NCBI GenBank assembly: GCA_047636295.1
Contig: JBLIKM010000001.1
Coordinates: 1 to 28,084 of the forward strand
DNA from: Methylophagaceae bacterium
Lineage (GTDB): Bacteria; Pseudomonadota; Gammaproteobacteria; Nitrosococcales; Methylophagaceae
Length of the DNA stretch: 28,084 bases
Direction: 5' to 3'
Shown here: in pieces, positions 8,735 to 20,825 of the stretch
Numbering within the stretch: position 1 is the stretch's first letter
How the letters are laid out: each line of letters begins with the position of its first letter
Notes under the pieces: model-generated
Seen by the model: the letters and a program-made list of their open reading frames with translations, nothing else
Databases searched by the model: none
Told to the model about the DNA's origin: nothing
Made by a program: the position numbers and the translations under genes

Positions 8735-9074
8735 TGATGTGTCCTATATATGAATTTAAGGTGTTGTTGAGTTGACTCTTACAACGTTGTTAGTTTTTCA
8801 ATTAAAAAAATCGCTATTTAGACCTCAATCAAAATAAGGATAATCTATTCCAGTAAACGACAACGCGATAGGGGAAGATCAGAGAACAGGCATTTTCATG
8901 ATCAATTTAAAAGTCATCTTTCAATAAACTTGCCCGTTTACTGGCAAATAAGCTTTCACTTAGCTTTTTGAAGTCAAACGCGTTAACTAAGCTGTATTGT
9001 GGCTTTGTTTATTATCTTGTCCGCCAGAGTGATATAAGATAATAAAATCTAAAGCTGTTCAAGTGAGAGTTAGT

Positions 9075-9506
9075 TTAATCTGCTATATCATCGACATCTG
9101 CTTGCCCTGACATTCTACGACGAAGATGAGACCAAGACATGCCGGTAGCAAGTATAGCGGCTAAAATGAATAAAACGATATAAGTCATCACGGATACACT
9201 GTCAAGGCCAAGAAGCCCTAGATCAATGAACCACCAGACAATAATTGCAAAGAAGGCAAAAGCTAAACTTAATCCAAGCACACCTAAGGCGAGTAATGTA
9301 GCCCGAATATAAATTGTCCAACCAATAAGCAATATCACGGCAGACATGGCAAAAGGAGGTGAAATGGCTAACGCATCCCTAAATAAGGCCTCTTTGGCCC
9401 AGTGGAAAAAGCTATACCCACTAGGATTATAACTTGCATAGACCAGTACAAGAGCAAACACTAAGCGCAGTAAAAAACTTTGTAAGGAGAAACGATGATT
9501 AGCCAT
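9075..9506 (-). CDS. DUF6524-like membrane protein
   Basis: LV..SYNPSGYSFFHW and GMSWSHLRRRMSGQADVDD motifs, four TM helices. Confidence 0.7.
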   Translation of the reverse strand: MANHRFSLQSFLLRLVFALVLVYASYNPSGYSFFHWAKEALFRDALAISPPFAMSAVILLIGWTIYIRATLLALGVLGLSLAFAFFAIIVWWFIDLGLLGLDSVSVMTYIVLFILAAILATGMSWSHLRRRMSGQADVDDIAD

Positions 9507-9542
9507 AAATTACTTTCCTTTCCTTTTACGACGACAGTAGGA

Positions 9543-11120
9543 TTACTCCCATTCAATCGTTGCCGGTGGTTTGCCTGAAATATCATAGGTTACCCGTGAA
9601 ATACCATCCACTTCATTAATAATACGATTGGAGACTAGTCCCAAGAATTCATATGGAAGGTGTGCCCAACGCGCAGTCATAAAGTCAATAGTTTCTACTG
9701 CGCGTAACGATACAACATAATCATAACGCCGACCATCTCCCATTACACCCACAGATTTAACGGGTAAAAATACTACAAAAGCTTGGCTGGTTTTGTCATA
9801 TAAGTCGTGTTTATAAAGTTCATCGATAAAGATTTTATCGGCTTTACGTAATAAATCGGCATAGTCTTTTTTGACTTCGCCCAGAATACGGACACCTAGG
9901 CCAGGACCTGGGAACGGATGACGATACACCATGTCACGTGGCAGACCGAGTTCTACGCCCAGTTTACGAACTTCATCTTTAAATAGTTCGCGTAAAGGCT
10001 CGAGCAGTTTTAATGTCATGTGTTTGGGTAAGCCACCGACATTATGGTGGGTTTTGATGACCTGTGCTTTACCTGTTTTTGATGCGGCTGATTCAATCAC
10101 ATCGGGGTAGATCGTGCCCTGTGCTAACCATTTCACATTACTGAGTTTGTTAGATTCTTCTTCAAAAATTTCAACAAAGACGCGACCGATAATACGGCGT
10201 TTGGCTTCTGGGTCATTTTCGCCTGCAAGTTCGTCAAGGAAGCGTTTTTCGGCGTCAACCCGAATAACTTTAATGCCCATATGTTTGGCAAACATAGCCA
10301 TAACTTGGTCGCCTTCGTTTTCACGGAGTAAGCCGTTATCAACAAATACACAGGTCAGTTGGTCACCAATGGCACGGTGTAATAATGCGGCGACGACCGA
10401 TGAGTCAACACCGCCTGACAAACCTAATAAAACATCATCGCTACCTACTTGTTGGTGAATGGTATTAATACTGTCATCAATAATTTGTGCAGAAGTCCAT
10501 AATGTTTCGCAGCCACATATTTCGGTGATGAAACGTTCAATCATGCGTTGACCTTGAACGGTATGTGTTACTTCTGGGTGGAATTGAACGCCGTAGAATT
10601 GTCGCTGTTCATCAGCCATACCGGCAAAAGGAGCACTCTCCGTGCTAGCGATAACTTTGAAACCTTCTGGTATTTTGCTTACACGATCGCCATGACTCAT
10701 CCACACATCAAGCAGGCCATAACCCTCTACAGTCGTGTGATCCTCAATGTCACGCAAAAATGCCGAATGACCGCGGGCACGGATTTGTGCGTAGCCAAAT
10801 TCACGATGTGCTGACGATTCGACCTGTCCACCCAATTGCATCGCCATCGTTTGCATACCGTAGCAGATACCTAAAACGGGGATCCCTAATTCAAAGACAC
10901 ATTGCGGTGCGACTGGTGCTTCATTACCAATTGTTGAATCAGGACCACCAGAAAGAATAATCCCTTTTGGATTGAATTTTTTGATTTCTGCTTCGGTAAT
11001 TTCAGGATTTCTCAATTCACAATAAACCCCAGCCTCGCGGATACGACGAGCAATTAGCTGAGTATATTGTGATCCAAAATCAAGAATAAGAATTCGGTGG
11101 TCATGGATATTGTGGCTCAT
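9543..11120 (-). CDS. guaA: GMP synthase (glutamine-hydrolysing)
   Basis: [39 protein letters not shown]. Confidence 0.98.
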   Translation of the reverse strand: MSHNIHDHRILILDFGSQYTQLIARRIREAGVYCELRNPEITEAEIKKFNPKGIILSGGPDSTIGNEAPVAPQCVFELGIPVLGICYGMQTMAMQLGGQVESSAHREFGYAQIRARGHSAFLRDIEDHTTVEGYGLLDVWMSHGDRVSKIPEGFKVIASTESAPFAGMADEQRQFYGVQFHPEVTHTVQGQRMIERFITEICGCETLWTSAQIIDDSINTIHQQVGSDDVLLGLSGGVDSSVVAALLHRAIGDQLTCVFVDNGLLRENEGDQVMAMFAKHMGIKVIRVDAEKRFLDELAGENDPEAKRRIIGRVFVEIFEEESNKLSNVKWLAQGTIYPDVIESAASKTGKAQVIKTHHNVGGLPKHMTLKLLEPLRELFKDEVRKLGVELGLPRDMVYRHPFPGPGLGVRILGEVKKDYADLLRKADKIFIDELYKHDLYDKTSQAFVVFLPVKSVGVMGDGRRYDYVVSLRAVETIDFMTARWAHLPYEFLGLVSNRIINEVDGISRVTYDISGKPPATIEWE

Positions 11121-11152
11121 AATATTCTCTGAAAATACAGGTTGTTAAGGAC

Positions 11153-11189
11153 AAAAACCAGAGTCGAGGCAATCACAACTCTGGTTTTT
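11153..11189 (-). terminator. Terminator-like hairpin between guaB and guaA
   Basis: AAAAACCAGAGT / ACTCTGGTTTTT perfect 12-bp stem with T-tract. Confidence 0.6.
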
Positions 11190-11206
11190 AAATGGTAATA
11201 TGCCCC

Positions 11207-12709
<1,503 letters not shown>

Positions 12710-12732
12710 TTATATCAGGATCTTTAGGGTTT

Positions 12733-14241
12733 ATGGCATCACTTGTTTCATCTGGTAGCAGTAAGACATTAGCAACGCGACCTGTTAAAGAAATTTACGT
12801 GGTATCGCGGCTAGTGCGTGAGGCCCGTGTTGCCTTGGAAGGCTCATTTCAATTGGTCTGGGTAGAAGGTGAAATATCAAATTTAGCAATGCCTGGATCA
12901 GGCCATGTTTATTTCACATTGAAAGATGAAGCGGCGCAGGTGCGCTGCGCCATGTTTAAAACACGCAATCGTAATGTACGGTTCACCCCGAAAAATGGTA
13001 TGCAAGTTTTGTTGCGAGTTAGAGTGACCTTGTATGAGGCGCGTGGCGAATTTCAACTCGTTGTTGAGCACATGGAGGAGGCTGGTAGTGGCGCCCTGCA
13101 GCATGCATTTGAAGCTTTAAAACATCGCTTAGGTGAAGAAGGTTTATTTGATCAGGCATATAAAAAATCACTACCCTCATTGCCCACCAGTATAGGCATC
13201 GTTTCATCGCCTGACGGCGCAGCAGTACACGATATATTAACAGTGTTGAATCGTCGTTTTCCTGCTGCTAACGTCATTCTTTATCCTGTCGCAGTACAAG
13301 GTGGTGACTCAGCCAAACAGATTGCCCATGCGATTAGTTTAGCCAGCAAACGACAAGAATGCGATGTGCTGATTGTGAGTCGTGGTGGAGGTTCTTTAGA
13401 AGATCTGTGGAGTTTTAACGACGAAAAAGTAGCGCGTGCCATATTTGTTTGTGAGATTCCGCTAATTAGTGCTGTGGGTCATGAGGTTGATTTCACTATT
13501 GCCGATTTTGTGGCAGATGTTAGAGCGCCTACACCTTCCGCGGCCGCTGAACTAGCGGTGCCAGATGCCATTCAGTGGTTAGCTAAGATCCAAAGTCATA
13601 GTCGGCGGTTACATTTGTTAATGGCACATCGCCTACAAAATGAGCGCCGTCATATCAATTATTTGCAACAACGGTTGCCACAACCGCAACTCACCATTAA
13701 TCAACAAATGCAAAAAATAGATCGTTTGCAACAGCAATTAAAACGTAATTGCTTACATATTGTTAATGATAAACGCCAACGATTGGGTTATTGGTTGGCA
13801 AGACTGAAACACCCACAAGAAAAAATTGAAATACAGCACTATAAAATAGCGACCTTAGCGGGTCGATTACAGCAGGTAATTCAGCAAAATATGGAACGTG
13901 AACAAGCTCTTTACAAAGAGTTAAAACAACGGTTGCAGCTAAAAACACCACTGCCAAAGATTAATAATCAGCAAGCTACGGTAGGGCAGTTGCAGAAACA
14001 ACTTGATGCTGTAATGCAAAAGCGGCTCACTCAACATAAAGCCTACTTAGGCCAACAAATCCGAACGCTTGCCGCGGTGAGTCCTTTGAAGACTTTGGAG
14101 CGAGGCTATAGTATTGCTACGCTGGTGGATTCTGGACGGGTAATACATCGAGCAGATGAAGCCAAGCCAAACCAACATATCAATGTCCGTTTAGAAAAAG
14201 GCCAGTTAAAGTGTGTAATTAAAGAGGTAACAAATGATTAG
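12733..14241 (+). CDS. xseA: Exodeoxyribonuclease VII large subunit
   Basis: VWVEGEISN, SGHVYFTLKD, RGGGSLEDLW, AVGHEVD, SPLKTLERGYS. Confidence 0.96.
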   Translation: MASLVSSGSSKTLATRPVKEIYVVSRLVREARVALEGSFQLVWVEGEISNLAMPGSGHVYFTLKDEAAQVRCAMFKTRNRNVRFTPKNGMQVLLRVRVTLYEARGEFQLVVEHMEEAGSGALQHAFEALKHRLGEEGLFDQAYKKSLPSLPTSIGIVSSPDGAAVHDILTVLNRRFPAANVILYPVAVQGGDSAKQIAHAISLASKRQECDVLIVSRGGGSLEDLWSFNDEKVARAIFVCEIPLISAVGHEVDFTIADFVADVRAPTPSAAAELAVPDAIQWLAKIQSHSRRLHLLMAHRLQNERRHINYLQQRLPQPQLTINQQMQKIDRLQQQLKRNCLHIVNDKRQRLGYWLARLKHPQEKIEIQHYKIATLAGRLQQVIQQNMEREQALYKELKQRLQLKTPLPKINNQQATVGQLQKQLDAVMQKRLTQHKAYLGQQIRTLAAVSPLKTLERGYSIATLVDSGRVIHRADEAKPNQHINVRLEKGQLKCVIKEVTND

Positions 14242-15085
14242 ATTTATTGGGCTGGCATTCAGCGTGTTGATGATGGTGTCAGTATCGGTTTCAGCAATGA
14301 CATTGCCGCAACAATCTGCAGTGCCAGGTGGCGTAGTTATTGTCCCTATTGCTGTCGGAATAGACATCAAACCAGTAGTTCAATATAACAAACGCCAAGT
14401 GATGGTATTGAAAAAAGATGAACAATGGCTTGCAGTAGTCGGTGTGCCTTTGACGGCCAAAGTAGGTACACAAACCTTAACGGTCAAATCAGCAGGGAAA
14501 ACGACTAAAACACGCTTTAAAATTACAGATAAAGCCTACCCTACCCAATATATTGAAATTAAAGATAAACGTAAGGTCAACCCTACTAATTACGATATGA
14601 CACGTATTAATGCTGAAAAGGCACTAATTAATGCAGCATTAATACATTGGACAGAAGGCAATGTGGCACTCAATTTTGCATGGCCGATAGAAGGGCGGGT
14701 AAGTGGCTTATTTGGTCGTCGTCGCGTATTTAATGGTCAGCCACGCAATCCGCATAGTGGAATGGATATTGCTGCTCCTACAGGCACTGAAATTCATGCT
14801 CCAGCCGATGGAGTGATTCGTAATACTGGAAACTATTTCTTTAATGGTAATACAGTATTTATTGATCATGGTCAGGGTTTAGTAACTATGTTTTGCCATA
14901 TGAATAATATCGGCGTGAAAGCGGGACAAATTATCAAGCAAGGTGAGGTAATCGGTACTGTAGGCATGACGGGAAGAGTTACTGGGCCGCATTTACATCT
15001 TGGTGTTAGTTTAAATGATGCCAGGGTTGAGCCGCGACTGTTTTTCCTTGAACGGGATGCAATGTTGGGTGATGAGCAGGAATAA
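14234..15085 (+). CDS. M23 family metallopeptidase with N-terminal DUF3887/Peptidase_M23_N-type domain
   Basis: Signal peptide; HSGMDIAAP, HGQG..TMFCH, TGPHLH motifs. Confidence 0.9.
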   Translation: MIRFIGLAFSVLMMVSVSVSAMTLPQQSAVPGGVVIVPIAVGIDIKPVVQYNKRQVMVLKKDEQWLAVVGVPLTAKVGTQTLTVKSAGKTTKTRFKITDKAYPTQYIEIKDKRKVNPTNYDMTRINAEKALINAALIHWTEGNVALNFAWPIEGRVSGLFGRRRVFNGQPRNPHSGMDIAAPTGTEIHAPADGVIRNTGNYFFNGNTVFIDHGQGLVTMFCHMNNIGVKAGQIIKQGEVIGTVGMTGRVTGPHLHLGVSLNDARVEPRLFFLERDAMLGDEQE

Positions 15086-15088
15086 TAG

Positions 15089-16054
15089 TTATTCGATGGG
15101 GTGATGAGGGTGCTGTAGATTTTCGCCACAGTAGGGGCAATGTTTAAACATCACAGAGGACCTCAAACCTGACAAACGAATCAGTGATTTGCTTTCTTTT
15201 ACGCTAAACCCTAACTGAATCCTCAGACGTTCTATGGCGTGAAGATCATCATGAGATAAACTGCCATCATCAGCAAATGAAGTGATGACGTTAGCGCGAA
15301 ATTCATCGCGTCTATTTTGCATTTCAGCAGTAAAACCACTGGCAATAATACCAGCAGGTAAAGCTGCAATGCCCACGCCTAGAATGGTAATAACCATACC
15401 TAATGCTTTGCCAATCATGGTTATTGGCACCACATCACCATAACCTACCGATGTTAATGTGATGGTTGCCCACCACATGGCTTGTGGGATTGAACCGAAG
15501 GCATCTGGTTGAATATCACGTTCCACCAGATACATACCGGAAGAAGCTAATACGATTAACATCACTAATATGCTTAATGCTGAAATGATGCCCGGCAATT
15601 CATTTTTAAGTACTTGTAGTAGTGTGGATAATGAATGCGAGTATCGGGTGAATTTTAGAACTCTAAGTAAACGCACAGCTCTTAAGTAACGCGTATCGAT
15701 TTGGATAAATAAGCCTAGATAAAAGGGCGCTATCGCTAAGAGATCAATTAACGCTAATGGACTTAAAATATAAGCTAAGCGACTTGCCCATGGCTTGCCA
15801 GGATTTACCTCTGCTGCGGCCCACACTCGGGCAAGGTACTCAATACTAAATATTGCGATAGACACTATCTCAAAGCCATAGAACCATGCGTCATAGTGTT
15901 GATGAATATTGGGTACGGTTTCAATAAATACCACAACTAAGGTGAATGCGATGAACAGCATCAGAATGGTATTTATTACACCTGCTAAGCCTTCATGCTT
16001 AACTTCTAAAACCTGATGGAAATGGGTTCTGAGTGTTGATATTTCTATTTTCAT
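15089..16054 (-). CDS. Ion transporter / voltage-gated K+ channel family
   Basis: S4-like RAVRLLRVLK, pore WWATITLTSVGYGD, C-terminal CPYCG; start moved to ATG 16054 to avoid overlap with lptB. Confidence 0.9.
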   Translation of the reverse strand: MKIEISTLRTHFHQVLEVKHEGLAGVINTILMLFIAFTLVVVFIETVPNIHQHYDAWFYGFEIVSIAIFSIEYLARVWAAAEVNPGKPWASRLAYILSPLALIDLLAIAPFYLGLFIQIDTRYLRAVRLLRVLKFTRYSHSLSTLLQVLKNELPGIISALSILVMLIVLASSGMYLVERDIQPDAFGSIPQAMWWATITLTSVGYGDVVPITMIGKALGMVITILGVGIAALPAGIIASGFTAEMQNRRDEFRANVITSFADDGSLSHDDLHAIERLRIQLGFSVKESKSLIRLSGLRSSVMFKHCPYCGENLQHPHHPIE

Positions 16055-16082
16055 CAATGAGGATTGCGAAAAAGCTGCGACA

Positions 16083-16808
16083 TTAGAGCCTGAAGTCTCG
16101 ACCCAGATAAACACTTAAGACGCGCTTATCTTTTAGAATATCTTCAGGGGTGCCTTTGGCAATGACCTCACCTTCATTGAAAATATAAGCACGTTCACAA
16201 ACATTCAGCGTTTCACGTACATTGTGGTCGGTAATAAGAATGCCAATACCGCGTTGTGCAAGCGCTTTGATAATGCCCTGAATATCGAGCACTGAAATAG
16301 GATCAACACCAGCAAAAGGCTCATCTAGTAAAATAAACTTGGGCTCCATGGCTAAGGTTCGCGCGATTTCAACTCGCCGACGCTCGCCACCAGATAACGC
16401 AATACCTAATGATTTTCGGATATGGTCGATGTGAAAGTCGGATAAAAGACGTTCTAATAATGCCTGTTTAGCTGCTTCATCGAGATCTTTTCGTGTTTCG
16501 ATTATGGCATATATATTGTTTTCCACCGATAACTTTCGAAATACAGACGCTTCTTGTGGTAAATACCCTATACCTAGCTGTGCACGTTTATGGATGGGAT
16601 CACGCGTGAGCTCTAGCTGGTCAAGGAAGATTGTGCCACTATCAACGGGGATTAAACCAACGATCATATAAAAGCAAGTGGTTTTACCCGCACCATTAGG
16701 ACCTAATAAACCGACAATTTCTCCACTTTTTAATTCAAGGGAAATGTTTTTAACGACCTGACGCGAACCAAAACGCTTGGATAATTGCTGGGCGGATAAT
16801 GTGCTCAT
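16083..16808 (-). CDS. lptB: LPS export ABC transporter ATPase
   Basis: [45 protein letters not shown]. Confidence 0.97.
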   Translation of the reverse strand: MSTLSAQQLSKRFGSRQVVKNISLELKSGEIVGLLGPNGAGKTTCFYMIVGLIPVDSGTIFLDQLELTRDPIHKRAQLGIGYLPQEASVFRKLSVENNIYAIIETRKDLDEAAKQALLERLLSDFHIDHIRKSLGIALSGGERRRVEIARTLAMEPKFILLDEPFAGVDPISVLDIQGIIKALAQRGIGILITDHNVRETLNVCERAYIFNEGEVIAKGTPEDILKDKRVLSVYLGRDFRL

Positions 16809-16821
16809 GCTGTCCCCAAAG

Positions 16822-17625
16822 TTACGGTTTTACTTGAATATAACGGCGATTAACCCAACCAATCACCACTTGGTCGTCTATTTCACCCCTGACTTGTACC
16901 CATTCTTTTTGTTCGGTCAGAATAATGACATCACTGTTAGAGCCAAAGGTGCCGATCCTATTATATTTAATGCCAGGCCCAGTACGAACATTAAGTGTTG
17001 TGGTGGTTGAAGCTGTTAGATATTGATCGGTCTCTTTATTGTCGATAGGCGCTACTTCGACCTTGGTGTTAGCTTCTATTTTGGGCGCTGTTGCTTTCTT
17101 TTTGCTGCCCGGCGGTTGGATAATAATGTGAACACGTCCACTTTCTTGTTTTTCACCTGCAACTTCGACAGGGGCAGAATTTGCATTCACCACATTGTTG
17201 TTAATATCATATTCTATTTTATTGCCACTAAACTCATCACCAGATCGCCATACGTGACCCTGACCAAGTAAATATATTTTCTGCGCTTTAGCATGATATT
17301 CCATTTGTAAAGCGCGAGCACGGACAGGTTCTTCACCGAGTTTTTGAACTTGCTTATAGGTCGCTAAATTACCTTGCGCTACGGCCTTTGTTAACTGTTT
17401 ATCGTCATCATAATAAAAGGTGATGATATCGCCTTCAATACGTAATGTACCTTGGGTTAAAATAGCCCTACCTTTATATTGAGTAATGCCACTAGCATCA
17501 TCAAGTTCGGCATGATCTGCTTCAATGTCTATCGGTTGACTACGATCACTAGGCAGCGCCCATGATAACGAAGGTAACAAAGCAATCAGTGCAATTAACA
17601 GTTTAGTTTGTAGGCGGTGCATCAT
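16822..17625 (-). CDS. lptA: LPS transport periplasmic protein LptA with C-terminal SH3b domain
   Basis: [15 protein letters not shown]...QGTLRI...GRVHIIIQP LptA fold, then a linker and LNVRTGPG...W..V......GWV. Confidence 0.92.
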   Translation of the reverse strand: MMHRLQTKLLIALIALLPSLSWALPSDRSQPIDIEADHAELDDASGITQYKGRAILTQGTLRIEGDIITFYYDDDKQLTKAVAQGNLATYKQVQKLGEEPVRARALQMEYHAKAQKIYLLGQGHVWRSGDEFSGNKIEYDINNNVVNANSAPVEVAGEKQESGRVHIIIQPPGSKKKATAPKIEANTKVEVAPIDNKETDQYLTASTTTTLNVRTGPGIKYNRIGTFGSNSDVIILTEQKEWVQVRGEIDDQVVIGWVNRRYIQVKP

Positions 17626-18178
17626 AATGTCCTTTCACTCTGGAGTGTAGGTTAATAGTTTTTTCTTGCAGGCTAGCATGAAGTCCAACTGAATGGGTGG
17701 TGCCGTGAGCAGATTTCATGCTGACAGCCAAATCAGTGTATGCGTTATCGCGTAAGGTATCTAAATTAAGCTTCTCGGTACGTAATTCAATAGCATTATT
17801 GTCTTTTTGAGTGATAATAACATTGCCAGCTAGTAAAATATCTTCGCCTTTGCCTTCGGTATACGCTTTATTAGCTGAGATTATCCATGTATTTTTGCCT
17901 TGTTCAAGAATTTTGGCGATGGCCGCAGTGATTTCAGTGCTGTCATTTTCTGGATAATGTGCCATTGTTTGACCTGTAATAATACGTGATGGTCTGCCAA
18001 GTTCATCCATCACCGTCATAGTGAAATTCGACATAGCATAGTCACTGGTTCGAGATATGGCATTGGAGTCACTCACCTCTTGTTTAGTATCATTACTGAA
18101 TAGCAGCCAGAGGGTGATTATTGCCAATAAAGACAATAATAATTTGGCCATAAAAGAAAGATTAGAAGTGACGTTCAA
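17603..18178 (-). CDS. lptC: LPS export periplasmic protein LptC (alternative start ATG 18151)
   Basis: N-terminal TM, DYAMSNF, H-S-V-G-L-H-A beta-jellyroll pattern; position between kdsC and lptA. Confidence 0.88.
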   Translation of the reverse strand: MNVTSNLSFMAKLLLSLLAIITLWLLFSNDTKQEVSDSNAISRTSDYAMSNFTMTVMDELGRPSRIITGQTMAHYPENDSTEITAAIAKILEQGKNTWIISANKAYTEGKGEDILLAGNVIITQKDNNAIELRTEKLNLDTLRDNAYTDLAVSMKSAHGTTHSVGLHASLQEKTINLHSRVKGHYDAPPTN

Positions 18179-18683
18179 TTTGATCTTGCAGGGTACCCTG
18201 TCCTTCCATAATTAGTTCACATACTTCGCGAGCAGCACCCTTGCCACCTTTAGCAGGTGTAATCCAATGGGCATGTTTTTTGACCAGGGAATCGGCATCT
18301 TGCACGGCAATGGCTAAGCCGACACGGCTCATAATCGCTAAATCGACCCAATCATCGCCTACATAGGCACATTGTTCAGGCTTAAGATTTAAGCGCTTAA
18401 TGAGATCTTCAAATGCAGGTAGTTTAACTTTCTGCCCTTGATAAAGATGGTTGATACCTAAACTAGCCATGCGATGTTCAACTACTTTTGAGGTACGTCC
18501 GGTAATGATGGCGATATCGACGCCAGTATATTGTAGAAGTCTCATGCCATGACCATCTCGGGAGTGGAACGCCTTATATTCTTCACCATCATCACCAATA
18601 ATGATGCTGCCGTCAGTGAGTACACCATCAACATCGAAAATTACCAGTTTAATATCTTTGCTACGAGTGAGAATGTCTTGCAT
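18162..18683 (-). CDS. kdsC: KDO 8-phosphate phosphatase
   Basis: IFDVDGVLTDG, AIITGR, AYVGDDWVD, GGKGAARE; start MQDIL with GGGA RBS. Confidence 0.95.
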   Translation of the reverse strand: MQDILTRSKDIKLVIFDVDGVLTDGSIIIGDDGEEYKAFHSRDGHGMRLLQYTGVDIAIITGRTSKVVEHRMASLGINHLYQGQKVKLPAFEDLIKRLNLKPEQCAYVGDDWVDLAIMSRVGLAIAVQDADSLVKKHAHWITPAKGGKGAAREVCELIMEGQGTLQDQIERHF

Positions 18684-18747
18684 ATTAATCCCTAATGTAT
18701 TCAAATAAATGTGATGTGTTTAGCTTTACAGAAGCAGATTTCGCCAT

Positions 18748-19737
18748 TTATACGACACCAGCGCGCAGTAGATCATGCATATTGACGGCACCAACAAGCT
18801 GTTGATTACTATCCGTTATCAGTAACGCATTAATTTTATGATGTTGCATCAGCGTTAATATTTCGGCGGCTAGCATTTCAGGGCGCCCTGTTTTACAATT
18901 AATGGTCATAAATTCAGCGAGTTTGGTTGTGTGGACATCGACCTGCTGAGCGATTACACGACGTAAATCACCATCAGTAAATATGCCTACAATCTGTCCA
19001 CTGCTATCGGTGACAGCTGTCATGCCGAGACCTTTATTGGTCATTTCAATTAAGGCATCGCTGATCAGCGCAACATCCGCAACCTTAGGTATGGTATCAC
19101 CAATATGCATAATATCACGGACACGTAAAAGTAAACGGCGGCCAAGATTACCGCCTGGATGGGATAAAGCAAAATCTTCAGCAGTAAACCCTTTTTTTTC
19201 TAGTAGTGAAATAGCCAAGGCATCGCCCATCACTAGTGCAGCTGTAGTGCTTGATGTAGGTGCCAAACCATGAGGACAAGCCTCTTTATCGACACTGACA
19301 TCAATGTGACTGTCAGCACACATTGCCAGTGTTGACATAGGTTTACCCGTTAAAGCAATGAGCGGCACTCCGAGTCGTTTTATCAGCGGCAAAATAGTTA
19401 ATATTTCACTGGTCTCACCTGAATTTGACAGTGCTATGACCACATCATTATCAGTAATCATTCCTAAGTCACCGTGACTTGCTTCACCAGGATGAACAAA
19501 GAATGCAGGGCTGCCGGTGCTAGCAAGGGTGGCTGCAATTTTGCCTCCGATATGCCCTGATTTACCCATGCCAATAACGACAATGCGACCTTCACAATGC
19601 AGTAAATACTGGCAGGCTTGCACAAAGGCATCGTCAATACGGTCACGTAAGCCAGAAATAGCTTCAATTTCAGTATTGATTACAGCAAGTCCGAGTGTTT
19701 TTAATTTCTCGGATTCAGTTTGCATTGTTTTTATCAT
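18748..19737 (-). CDS. kdsD: Arabinose-5-phosphate isomerase (KpsF/GutQ, SIS+CBS)
   Basis: GMGKSGHIG, HPGEASHGDLG, LAPTSST, HPGGNLG. Confidence 0.96.
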   Translation of the reverse strand: MIKTMQTESEKLKTLGLAVINTEIEAISGLRDRIDDAFVQACQYLLHCEGRIVVIGMGKSGHIGGKIAATLASTGSPAFFVHPGEASHGDLGMITDNDVVIALSNSGETSEILTILPLIKRLGVPLIALTGKPMSTLAMCADSHIDVSVDKEACPHGLAPTSSTTAALVMGDALAISLLEKKGFTAEDFALSHPGGNLGRRLLLRVRDIMHIGDTIPKVADVALISDALIEMTNKGLGMTAVTDSSGQIVGIFTDGDLRRVIAQQVDVHTTKLAEFMTINCKTGRPEMLAAEILTLMQHHKINALLITDSNQQLVGAVNMHDLLRAGVV

Positions 19738-19744
19738 AGCGCCC

Positions 19745-20728
19745 TTATATTATGCCTTGACTACTTTGAACGGCAAGTAAGCTGTTGTAAGCAATATAGC
19801 TGACTAACATCAAGCTACCTGCAACACGTCCAATACGGCCATTTTTGCCGAAATAAGCAAACAGAAATAAGACGATGGTTAATGCAATCATAACCGGAAA
19901 ATCTCGTAATAAAATCATTGGTTCAAGTACTGAAGGGGCAATTAATCCTGGCATGGCTAATACGGCTAGCAAATTAAACATATTAGAGCCTAATATGTTG
20001 CCCACGGCAATATCATGTTCATTTTTGAGTGCCGAGATAATCGATGCCGCAAGCTCTGGCAGACTGGTACCAATTGCAACGATAGTAAGACCAATAATGA
20101 GATCGCTGACACCTAATAACAGGGCAATGCCAGTGGCACCCCATACTAATGCTTTTGAACCTACTAACAAAAAGATTAAACCAATACTAAAGCTTAATAC
20201 CGCTTTTTTAGTGGACATCTTATGTTCGGCAAATTGTTGTTCGAATTCTTGGGCTAGCGGGTCTTTGACTGTGCTTTTTACAGCAAGGTAAGCCATACCA
20301 AATAGGGTGATAATGAAACCGCTAAATAAGATAATACCATCTAAGTGACTGAGTTCTAAATCCCAAACTAGGTATAGTGCTATAGCCATTACCAATGCCA
20401 GCATTGGAAATTCGCGTTTCAAACTGGCTGAATTTACGGTTAGTGGTGTAATTAGAATAGTGATGCCCAAAACTAAACCTATATTAGTAATATTTGAGCC
20501 GAGTGCGTTACCCACCCCCATTGCCGGTACACCATCAAATGAGGCTAAGGCTGAAACCAGCATCTCAGGTGCAGAGGTACCAAAACCAACAATCGTTAAA
20601 CCGACAATTAAAGGTGAAATACCAAGATTAGTCGCGATACTTGCTGCACCGTCAATAAAACGTTCAGCACCCCATATTAGAACAGCAAAACCAGCAACGA
20701 TCGCGAGAATAAAAAGTGCAGTTGTCAT
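19745..20728 (-). CDS. yrbG: Calcium/sodium antiporter
   Basis: Two alpha repeats GFGTSAPE...GSNITN and AIGTSLPE...GSNMFN. Confidence 0.93.
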   Translation of the reverse strand: MTTALFILAIVAGFAVLIWGAERFIDGAASIATNLGISPLIVGLTIVGFGTSAPEMLVSALASFDGVPAMGVGNALGSNITNIGLVLGITILITPLTVNSASLKREFPMLALVMAIALYLVWDLELSHLDGIILFSGFIITLFGMAYLAVKSTVKDPLAQEFEQQFAEHKMSTKKAVLSFSIGLIFLLVGSKALVWGATGIALLLGVSDLIIGLTIVAIGTSLPELAASIISALKNEHDIAVGNILGSNMFNLLAVLAMPGLIAPSVLEPMILLRDFPVMIALTIVLFLFAYFGKNGRIGRVAGSLMLVSYIAYNSLLAVQSSQGII

Positions 20729-20755
20729 AAATAGTTAACAGCCAGTAGCGTAATT

Positions 20756-20782
20756 AAAAAAGCCGAGTTAGGACTCGGCTTT
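20756..20782 (-). terminator. Intrinsic terminator after mlaA
   Basis: Minus strand AAAGCCGAGT-CCTA-ACTCGGCTTTTTT. Confidence 0.8.
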
Positions 20783-20825
20783 GTATTATATGTTGCTAGC
20801 AACATATTGTCCTCATTGCGATGGC

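Noticed and set aside
8930-8990. c-di-GMP-I riboswitch (GAAA tetraloop followed by a second hairpin)
   Set aside because: Conserved GGYAAAC and GACGCAAAG elements are absent.
9500-9560. guaA 3' end as a genomic-island integration hotspot
   Set aside because: No integrase downstream and no second copy of the guaA 3' end in the window; followed by ordinary DUF6524/DUF3622 genes.
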